A DNA stretch of 64,000 bases from Peptococcaceae bacterium 1109 (GTDB taxonomy: Bacteria; Bacillota; Limnochordia; Darwinibacteriales; Darwinibacteriaceae), in assembly GCA_001028815.1 (NCBI GenBank), contig LDJB01000004.1, positions 13,733 through 77,732 of the forward strand, read 5' to 3'. Made by a program: the position numbers and the translations under genes. The notes under the pieces were generated by a model. The model was not told where the DNA came from. It did not search any database and saw nothing but the letters and a program-made list of their open reading frames with translations. Positions 36,711-44,662 of this stretch are shown here, in pieces (the stretch's first letter is position 1; each line of letters starts with the position of its first letter).

Positions 36711-39091
36711 CCTCTTCGTTTGTATAGGCTGGCAACTTTCACCCGTTCGCGATACCTCAGGATATCCTCAATGTGTTGAATAAGCGCAGGCGACTGTCTT
36801 ACCACAACTGTAGGCGCCAGCCGCAGCTGCCTGTTGATCTCATCGTACTGAAAAAACGATGAGCTTCTGTTCAGGAAATGAATGGGGTTGTTCTCAGCCA
36901 AGCGTGTCCATTTCTCCAGCGGCCACTCTGCATAGCCCTTGCTAGATTTATCCTGCATGTCCACTTTGAAACGGGGATCTTGGTAATAACTCTGCATGGC
37001 CTTCCCTATCTCGGTGCTGGACACTGCAGGCCGCAGCCTGCCTTCATGAATAAAGGCCTTGATGGTTGGTATCTTGTAAAGCTTGGTCATGGACGTCTTC
37101 TCAAGGTCAATGAGAAACTCCTCAATATCCGTATCTAGCCAGCTCTCCTCTTCCGTGCTAAGCTCGCCAATATCCGCTAAGAACCGCAGATACCCCTTGA
37201 ACGGACGCAGGTAACTTGGCCTTAGGAACACTCGAGAGGCAATGTCACTCCCGGCATGAATGTCAAGGCGGAGGGGCCTGCGGCCTAAGTCGGCTTTGAT
37301 GCGGAAGTACTCAGCTTTCATCCGTTCAGGCAGCGGATCGTACTTGCGCATCTCCTCAAAGACGTCTAGCAAGCGCATATCAAAGTGCACCATACAGCCC
37401 TCCGCGACAGACTCAGATAGATCGCGGATGCTGTAATAATGATCCCGCTCGTCTTGAGGATTGCGTCCGGTAAGAATCAAGGGTATCCAATGGGCTCTCT
37501 TATAGTTGCCGATGAAGTCTAGGACTGTTACATGTCTTTTGCCTCCACACTTCCTCAAACCCCGCCCCAGCTGCTGCACAAACACTGTATAAGACTCTGT
37601 TGGGCGAAGGAACATGATAAGGTCAACTTCGGGAATATCCACTCCTTCATTAAACTGATCCACCGAGAAGATCACTTCCACTTCCCCAGTGCGCAGGGCC
37701 TTAACGGCTTGTTCTCGGTCCATAACATGCGGGCCTTCTCCGCTGTGTACCGCTACCGCCCTCACCCCATGCTGTCTAAACACGTCCGTCATGAAGTTGG
37801 CATGCCTGATGCCGCTGCAGAACCCCAAGGCCCGCTCTGTTTTGTACTCCTGATAGCACTTCAGAATGAGATCAGCACGGGGTGCGGCAGACAGGGCTCT
37901 TTCTAGCTGTTCACTGACATAGCGGCCGTTAGAAATGTCGATTGTGGAGTAATCGGTCGTATCATCGTAGATCCCGTAGTAGTGAAAGGGCACCAGATAG
38001 TCCTTATTGATTGCCTCCTGAAGGTTGATTTCGTAGACTATATTGTCCTCACAGAACTGATAAATATCCTGATTGTCCATCCGGTACGGCGTGGCGGTTA
38101 ACCCCAGCAAGAAGCGGGGCCTGAAGTAGTCAACTATCCTGCGATAGCTCTGAGCGGCCACGTGGTGAAACTCATCGATGACAATGTAATCAAAGCAATC
38201 AGGCGCAAAATACGATGGCCGCAGGTACCTCTCCTGACCCAACGTTTGCACCGAGGCAAAGACTATATCGGAATCCGTGGCCTTTTCCACGGCATTGAAG
38301 AAGCCCTTAGTCCTTAGTGGCACTACCTTTTCGTAAGTCTCATAGGCTTGACGCAAGATTTCCTCTCGGTGGGCCACAAAAAGGACACGCCGAAACTCTT
38401 GGCTGTCAAATGCCGCCAAGTAGGTTTTGCCTACTCCGGTAGCCATCACAACCATGCCCCGCCGAAAACCCTCTTCCCGAGACCGTTCCAAATAATGGAG
38501 CGCCTCGATCTGCGCCCCCCGTGGAAACACCTCGGCGGCAGGCTCCTGGGGAGTGCTGGAGATTCCCAGCCAGCGAGGCCGCCTCCAAGATAGGCTGTAT
38601 TCTTTGAGCCAGTCGTCATCCACCGGGCGTGCCTGGGTGAACAAAGCATCGAATTGAGTAATGAACTCGTGGTAATCCTCTTGCCTGTACCGCGAAAGGA
38701 GGCGGTAGTTCCATTCTATGCCATCTACCAAACCACTGCGGGACAAGTTTGATGATCCCACGTAGACCTCTCCTGTGGTACCGCCAATGAAAATGTAGGT
38801 CTTGGGATGAAAAGCTATATCCCCAGACTCATATATACGGATATCTGCCTTGTTTTCCAGCTGATCTTTGAGAAGATACAGAGCAGAGGGTTCTGTAACA
38901 TTAAGATAGCGGCCTGTGAGAATCTGCACGGACACCCCGCGCTCCACCGCGCCCTTTAGGTCAGGTAGAAGCAGGCGAACCCCAGATTCGACCACAAAGG
39001 AAACCACCAGTTTGATCTGTTCCGCCCGCCTAATTGACGATTGCAGACTCCTGAGCAAGGAAACCCGATCGTTGGTAATCACGTTACACAC
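36707..39091 (-). CDS. PLD-nuclease + SF2 (DExH) helicase, SauUSI/NgoFVII-like
   Basis: FHPKTYIF and YVGSSNLS...EWN (PLD HxK); MATGVGKT, IDEFHH, GLTATP, EGVDIP, QQLGRGLR. Confidence 0.9.
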   Translation of the reverse strand: MCNVITNDRVSLLRSLQSSIRRAEQIKLVVSFVVESGVRLLLPDLKGAVERGVSVQILTGRYLNVTEPSALYLLKDQLENKADIRIYESGDIAFHPKTYIFIGGTTGEVYVGSSNLSRSGLVDGIEWNYRLLSRYRQEDYHEFITQFDALFTQARPVDDDWLKEYSLSWRRPRWLGISSTPQEPAAEVFPRGAQIEALHYLERSREEGFRRGMVVMATGVGKTYLAAFDSQEFRRVLFVAHREEILRQAYETYEKVVPLRTKGFFNAVEKATDSDIVFASVQTLGQERYLRPSYFAPDCFDYIVIDEFHHVAAQSYRRIVDYFRPRFLLGLTATPYRMDNQDIYQFCEDNIVYEINLQEAINKDYLVPFHYYGIYDDTTDYSTIDISNGRYVSEQLERALSAAPRADLILKCYQEYKTERALGFCSGIRHANFMTDVFRQHGVRAVAVHSGEGPHVMDREQAVKALRTGEVEVIFSVDQFNEGVDIPEVDLIMFLRPTESYTVFVQQLGRGLRKCGGKRHVTVLDFIGNYKRAHWIPLILTGRNPQDERDHYYSIRDLSESVAEGCMVHFDMRLLDVFEEMRKYDPLPERMKAEYFRIKADLGRRPLRLDIHAGSDIASRVFLRPSYLRPFKGYLRFLADIGELSTEEESWLDTDIEEFLIDLEKTSMTKLYKIPTIKAFIHEGRLRPAVSSTEIGKAMQSYYQDPRFKVDMQDKSSKGYAEWPLEKWTRLAENNPIHFLNRSSSFFQYDEINRQLRLAPTVVVRQSPALIQHIEDILRYRERVKVASLYKRRG

Positions 39092-39210
39092 AGCCAGTCA
39101 CTCCACACCCATCAGATTGCGCCACCTCGTGTTGGAACTGTTTTCTAGATGTTAAGGCTATTTTCCTTTTGCATCGCTCTGCAGGCGAGAGAGGCAACTG
39201 AGTTCCGCAC

Positions 39211-39247
39211 AAAAAACGACCGACAGCAGCTAAGCTGCTATCGGCCG
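39211..39247 (-). terminator. Terminator after the FMN-binding protein gene
   Basis: ACGGCCGATAGCAGC-TTA-GCTGCTGTCGGTCGT-TTTTT on the minus strand. Confidence 0.75.
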
Positions 39248-39261
39248 TGTGTATTGATGCA

Positions 39262-40962
39262 TTAGTCTTCAATTGTGAGATCGATGGTTACCCGGTTTTC
39301 GAAGGATTTTCTGATTGCCCCGACGATGTCGCCGTGGGAGTCGTTCAAGCTCATGGTAGCACCGGTGACAACGTCAGCAAGCATTGCCTGTTCTTCTGCA
39401 GTCAAGGCATCGAACTTGGCCTTATCTTGCTCGTTGGTGGAATCGGGCTTGAGAGGCCTACCGTTCCGGTCAGATGTATACTTCGCAAACCATTCTTCCA
39501 CTTCGTCCACAGTCATGCCTACGAAGAGTTCCTCAAAGGTGTTCATCTGATCGGCCCAGGTCCCTACGCCCATGCGGTACCCTTGGCCCCGCTCCCGCTT
39601 GGTCTTCCAGCTGGCAATCTCGGCAGCGAAGAAGGCTTCGCTATCACCAGTCTTGCCATCTACCTTACCGTCGTGGTCAAGGTCCAGGTTGTAGCCGCCT
39701 TGGCCTGGGAAGCCGCTGAAGTGAGGCATGCCGGCTCCATCATAGTTAGGAGTAGAGATCTCCAGCTGATCCACGTGGATAGCTGCGATTCTGCCTTCCC
39801 CGTCAAAGAGGGTGTTGGCAAACACTTGGTTAATGCTGTATACAGGTGTGCCTGTATCATCGCTGCCAGGCCCTACCCGGTGGGTGCTCAGCAGGCCAAG
39901 GCCCATGGAAGCAGCTCCGTTAATGTCAAGGCCAATGCGGTTTTCGTATGCGAAACGAATGGCTTCCACGATGTTGCCGTGAGAGTCGTTCAGGCTCATG
40001 GTAGCGCCAGTGACAACATCAGCAAGCATTGCTTGTTCTTCTGCGGTCAGGGCATCAAACTTTGCCTTGTCCTGCTCGTTGGTGGAACCGGGTTTGAGAG
40101 GCCTGCCGTTCCGGTCAGAGGTATACTTCGCAAACCACTCTTCCACTTCATCAACGGTCATGCCCACGAAAAGGCGCTCAAAGGTGTCCATCTGATCGGC
40201 CCAGGTGCCAACTCCCATGCGGTAGCTGTCGCCCCGCTCCCGCTTGGTTCTCCAGCCAGCTACCTCAGCCGCGAAGTTCTCAACTGTGTCTTCGGTCTTG
40301 CCATCCACTTTGCCGTCGTGGTCCATATCCCAGTTGTAGCCGCCTTGGCCTGGGAAGCCGCTGAAATGAGGCATGCCGTCGCCATCATAGTTGGGAGTGG
40401 CAACTTCTAGCTGATCGACGTGGAGGGCGAGGATTCTGCCTTCCTCATCAAACAAAACATGAGTCATTACTTGATTGATGCTGTATACAGGTGTGCCTGT
40501 ATCATCTGCACCAGGCCCAAAGCGGTGCATGTTCGAAAGGCCAAAGCCTTGGTATACCTTCGCTGCAGTCACGGCCTTAGGCTCTACTGCCTTCTTGGCT
40601 TCCTCAGCCGGTGCCGGGTAGTTCTCTGGGTCTAGTGCGTTATTTACTGCGTAGATGATTGCTTTGCTGGTGATCGTTGCGTTGGTAATGACATCCACAT
40701 CGGTGGAATTGGCTTCCACGATCATCTGGGGGATTTTCTCCAATGCTGGTCCTGCAATAGCTGGTGTTTCCCGTTCACCAACTGCTTCAACCGCGATGAT
40801 TTTGTCTCCTTGCTTGGTTACGGTAACGATAATCTCGCCGCCGAAACCTTTCGCCTTACCAACAAGAGTTTCTACCGCTTCGGCACTGCCCATCAGTGCG
40901 AGGGCGCCAACCAGTAAGAAACAGCAGCCAACCAACAACGCCTTCTTCATCTTTCTTCCCAC
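39262..40962 (-). CDS. Extracytoplasmic FMN-binding (flavinylated) protein with internal duplication
   Basis: Signal peptide; GKAKGFGGEIIVTV...DVDVITNATITS (FMN_bind); two ~210-aa repeats each ending ADVVTGATMSLND; GGAGG RBS before GTG 40962. Confidence 0.85.
   Translation of the reverse strand: MGRKMKKALLVGCCFLLVGALALMGSAEAVETLVGKAKGFGGEIIVTVTKQGDKIIAVEAVGERETPAIAGPALEKIPQMIVEANSTDVDVITNATITSKAIIYAVNNALDPENYPAPAEEAKKAVEPKAVTAAKVYQGFGLSNMHRFGPGADDTGTPVYSINQVMTHVLFDEEGRILALHVDQLEVATPNYDGDGMPHFSGFPGQGGYNWDMDHDGKVDGKTEDTVENFAAEVAGWRTKRERGDSYRMGVGTWADQMDTFERLFVGMTVDEVEEWFAKYTSDRNGRPLKPGSTNEQDKAKFDALTAEEQAMLADVVTGATMSLNDSHGNIVEAIRFAYENRIGLDINGAASMGLGLLSTHRVGPGSDDTGTPVYSINQVFANTLFDGEGRIAAIHVDQLEISTPNYDGAGMPHFSGFPGQGGYNLDLDHDGKVDGKTGDSEAFFAAEIASWKTKRERGQGYRMGVGTWADQMNTFEELFVGMTVDEVEEWFAKYTSDRNGRPLKPDSTNEQDKAKFDALTAEEQAMLADVVTGATMSLNDSHGDIVGAIRKSFENRVTIDLTIED
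39290..40560 (-). repeat. Intragenic tandem duplication, two ~640-bp units
   Basis: Near-identical blocks, e.g. tatacttcgcaaacca, gccttggcctgggaagccgctgaa and atgctgtatacaggtgtgcctgtatcatc, each occur twice about 645 bp apart. Confidence 0.9.
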
Positions 40963-41050
40963 ACAAGTTCCTCCCTCGTACATTTGTTGTTCCCCGTACT
41001 GCAAATGGACCTGGCAGAGGGCTTTTGATTGCGGCATAAGTCTTTTGTGA

Positions 41051-41068
41051 TTGTGAACTTATTCGCAA
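41051..41068. promoter_or_regulatory. Rex-like operator
   Basis: TTGTGAA-CTTA-TTCGCAA against the Rex consensus TTGTGAA-N4-TTCACAA (one mismatch), just downstream of the promoter. Confidence 0.6.
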
Positions 41069-41078
41069 TCCAAGCTCT

Positions 41079-41106
41079 ACTATACCACATTCCCTGCAGT
41101 AGTCAA
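41079..41106 (-). promoter_or_regulatory. Sigma-A promoter with extended -10
   Basis: Minus strand TTGACT-N16-TATAGT with TG just upstream of the -10. Confidence 0.55.
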
Positions 41107-41216
41107 TAGGTTAAGGAGAACTTATATAGAATTCTTGTGATAAAACTCTCGTGCATAGCACCAGCAGCAAAAACCCAGCTTACCACAGGGTTTGCTGGGC
41201 GCTTTCAGCCGTACTC

Positions 41217-42086
41217 CTAACTAGCCTGTGCCTTTTGGCGAATGAGGGACCCGTTCGGAGGCGGGATCTTCTCCCCATCAATGTGGTTCAGCTCACAAAA
41301 ATGCTGGAAAAACTCCTTAGCCAGCTCTTCCCCTTCGGTCTCGGCCCTCAAGGAAACTACATCTCGGAGAATCTGCGCCATCCAGATGTTGTGGAAGTAG
41401 CGGTGCCTCCCCCGATTCCAAGTGGTGTTCAAGGGATATCTTTCGTCGCAGTAGTAGTTCCAGAAGAGGAGCCTCTGAGATTCTTCTTCAGAAAAGCGCA
41501 GCCTGTACTTGGGATGCCCGGGGATATAACCGTCGTCACACAGTTTACCCACGAAGGTTTCATCTGCCAGAAAAACGCCTGCAATCCGCCGGTCTTCCTC
41601 AGCCATGCCCTGTTCCCGCTCAGTAATAAGGCAGGCACTATTGTTGCCCATACGCACTAAGCGCACCGGTTTCCCTGCATCCTGTCCCGATTTACGGAGC
41701 CCTGTGAAGACCCGCCACTCGGCGAACACCTTCTCCAGCTCCTCCCCATCACACCAAAAGCACGCCTGAGATGCGGGGGAAAACGCCTGGCTTCTGAGGA
41801 GCCGCTCCCGCTCCAACTCCCTCTGACGCTCCGCCAATTCCTCAGCTCGCTGCTTGTCTAGGGCGCGGCGCTTTGCTTTTCGCTTTTTTTCAACTTCTTT
41901 TTTGAGATCCTCTACCAACCTTGCCGTTTCTGGATCAGTCAGGCTCAAGTACGTCCCAAACGCATCGGGAAAAGCGAACCGCTTTTCTCCCACCGGGAAG
42001 CGCACTCTCACGTGGGATGCGGTGCAGTCTACCACTGTTCCGTCGCCAAAATGCTCGTGCCTCACCTGCTGATTGAGCAAATTCAT
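41217..42086 (-). CDS. Conserved hypothetical protein (N-terminal SH3/Tudor-like hairpin + coiled coil)
   Basis: VRHEHFGDGTVV...F.FPDAF; GGAGG RBS before MNLL. Confidence 0.7.
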   Translation of the reverse strand: MNLLNQQVRHEHFGDGTVVDCTASHVRVRFPVGEKRFAFPDAFGTYLSLTDPETARLVEDLKKEVEKKRKAKRRALDKQRAEELAERQRELERERLLRSQAFSPASQACFWCDGEELEKVFAEWRVFTGLRKSGQDAGKPVRLVRMGNNSACLITEREQGMAEEDRRIAGVFLADETFVGKLCDDGYIPGHPKYRLRFSEEESQRLLFWNYYCDERYPLNTTWNRGRHRYFHNIWMAQILRDVVSLRAETEGEELAKEFFQHFCELNHIDGEKIPPPNGSLIRQKAQAS

Positions 42087-42215
42087 CTGCGTTCCTCCAT
42101 TATTGTCTTGTCTTAATGATACCACACTGGCGAGAGAAACGCAAATTTGGCATTGACACTACTTTCCAGCCAGTGTAAAATGTAGTTTTATATATTGCCG
42201 GCTCCGGCAGGAGTC

Positions 42216-42244
42216 AAAAAAACGTGCGCCCTTTCGAGCGCACG
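42216..42244 (-). terminator. Terminator after hemerythrin
   Basis: CGTGCGC...GCGCACG followed by TTTTTTT on the minus strand. Confidence 0.65.
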
Positions 42245-42259
42245 CTCCTTACCGATCTG

Positions 42260-42655
42260 TTACTTTCCCTGGACGAAGTCGCCGATCTTCTTGTCCATAT
42301 TGGAGATATGTTTAGTAAGCCAGTCGATGACCATTTTGTTCGCCTGGATAATCACCGTCAGGCTTCCTCCGGATGCCTGGTAATCGCTGCGAAGCTTCTC
42401 AAGCTGGCCAATGAAAGCAGTATGGGCCTTCTTCTGCTCATCATAGCCGGGATAGTTGATGCTGAGCATATAGCGCTCTTCATCAGCAAAGTGCTTCTTG
42501 GTGTACTGATCGAGAAACCCCAAAAGCTCCCCTATATACTCCTTCGCTTGTCCTTTCTTCCCCGCTTCAAAAAGGTCCTCAGCCCGCTTAAACCACTCTT
42601 TGTGCTGTTCGTCGATGAGTTCAATTCCCACAGATAAAGATGGATGCCACGGCAT
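42260..42655 (-). CDS. Bacteriohemerythrin
   Basis: W...LSVGIELIDEQHK, HFADEE..M...YP...QKKAH, WLTKHI...D. Confidence 0.92.
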   Translation of the reverse strand: MPWHPSLSVGIELIDEQHKEWFKRAEDLFEAGKKGQAKEYIGELLGFLDQYTKKHFADEERYMLSINYPGYDEQKKAHTAFIGQLEKLRSDYQASGGSLTVIIQANKMVIDWLTKHISNMDKKIGDFVQGK

Positions 42656-42746
42656 GCCTTAACCCTCCCCATGTAGTCGAGTGTGGATTTTATATATATT
42701 ATCACGAAGATGCGAAATTCTCAATCGCAACCTCGTCCACCTCCAG

Positions 42747-44573
42747 TTAGACCTTGAACTTACCGCTCAGCTCCTGAAGGGTTTCTGCCATCTGGTTGAG
42801 AGTTTGGGCAACGGCGGCCATCTCATCCATCACCGCAAACTGCTCTTGAGCCGCTGCGCTGATCTCCTGGCTGGTAGTGTTGAGCTGTTCTATGCTGCGG
42901 GAAGCCTGCTCCACCAACCCTGTTACCCGTGACACCGTGGCCACAATGCGGGCAAGTGCTTCCCCACTCTTGCTCACCCGCTGGCTGGTCTCAGCTGTTT
43001 GCTGGGCGCTCTGAGACATACCCATGACCGCTTCATTGGTCTCCTGCTGAATAGACCTGATGAGTTCACTGATTTCCTTCGCAGCCTGGGCCGATTGCTC
43101 CGCGAGCTTCCGCACCTCTTCTGCGACTACAGCAAAGCCCCGCCCTTCATCACCGGCCCGGGCCGCCTCAATTGCGGCGTTCAGTGCCAGAAGGTTAGTC
43201 TGCTCCGCGAGGCCGCTGATTACCTCCACGATCCTGCCGATCTCCTCTGAGCGCTGGGCTAGGATGTGGATAAACTCAGTGAGCCGTCCCATAGTTTCTT
43301 TTAGTTCCTCCGTACCAACCACGGCTTGGCCCACCACTAGATTGCCCTCTTGGGCAGCGCCCACAATGTCGTTTACGGCAGAAGAAATGCTCTCCATGGC
43401 CTGGGCCGCCGCGGAGTAGTCATCAGCCGTCTCGTAGACTTGTCCCATGGACATCCGGGCCTGCACCGTAGAAGAAGCCAGCTGCTGGCTCGCGGAACTC
43501 ATCTCACCGATTGCCGCTGCCAACGATCCTACCATCTCCTTGAGAGATGCGGTCATACCGGTAAAGGCGGAGACCAAGGTTCCCACTTCGTCCCGGCCCC
43601 CCACCGCTGGGAGCTCTCCGGTTAGATCCCCCGCCGCGATTGCATCGGCGGCCTGGGCTACTGTCTGAAGTGGAGCCAAGACCCTGCCCATCAGGTATAA
43701 CAGCAGCGCAATGAATACCCCCGAGCCCACAGCCAAGATGATGATCATCTGTAAGCTTTGCTGAGTGATCATACGCCGGTAGCCCCCAATGTCCTGGTAT
43801 ACCCCCACCACCGCAAGCTCAGCCCCATCGTAGCTTAGCACTGGAAAGAAGATATGGGCCCAGCTGCGGCCGCTTCCCTGGCTTTCCCCAGGCCTTGGGG
43901 TAAGGCCCTTAAGCTCAGGTTCGGACAGGACCCCTGGGGTAAAGGCGAGCAAGGTATACCCCTCTTCACCAGGGACAAACACCGCTAGCTCCACGCCCAC
44001 TGCCTCGTGAATCTCCTGCAGGAGCTGCTCTGTAAAGGGTATATTTGTCTCCACTGTTCCAACCACTACGCCATCAGCTGTGATGGGCGCCCAACCTCGC
44101 ATGCCCATCCCGAAGGGGCCCCGATCATATCCCCAGAGAGGTATCCCTAAGCGGCCCGCGTCCAGAATCCCGCCCCGGTTCTACACGTCGCCATAGACTT
44201 CTGGGTTTTGGCCCCGAACAAGGGACGTATCAAAGGGTGCCCGTACGTGGAGTACGTCCACGCCAAAGGCGGCATGGACCTCTTCGTAGACCTTCACTAC
44301 CGTATCCACTATGGCCGTGCGGTCTCGGTTTGCAGCGCCAGTAGCGATCTCTGGCATTCCCGCGACAGCCATGGCGACACCTAGGGCCTGCTCCGCCTTG
44401 CCTTGGAGCTTGCTGTCTACCACCCGTTGTGCCGCGGCCAGGCTGTCTGCCACCATTGCCCGCAGCAGCCGCTGTTGGTTCGAAAGCATTAACACGCCCA
44501 CCATAGTGACTGCAATGGCTAGGGCGATGACGATTACAGCAAACAACCGAGTCCGCATACTAAGCTTGGCCAC
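42747..44573 (-). pseudogene. Methyl-accepting chemotaxis protein split by one in-frame TAG
   Basis: ORFs 44181..44603 and 42747..44108 share a frame; only the TAG at 44181-44183 separates them. Joined protein: TM, Cache, TM, HAMP, MA ([19 protein letters not shown]). Confidence 0.85.
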
Positions 44574-44614
44574 AAACTTCACTCCCGCTCCATGGTATTG
44601 CAATTACGAATGAT

Positions 44615-44639
44615 ATTCGTTCTCAATTATCCGAATCCT
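44615..44639 (-). promoter_or_regulatory. SigH-like promoter upstream of the split MCP
   Basis: Minus strand GCAGGA-N17-GAAT. Confidence 0.45.
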
Positions 44640-44662
44640 GCAACGATCCCGCAAAAAAGCAG

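Noticed and set aside
39247..40410. 387-aa plus-strand ORF with internal repeat
   Set aside because: Antisense shadow of the FMN-binding protein; its repeat only mirrors that gene's duplication.
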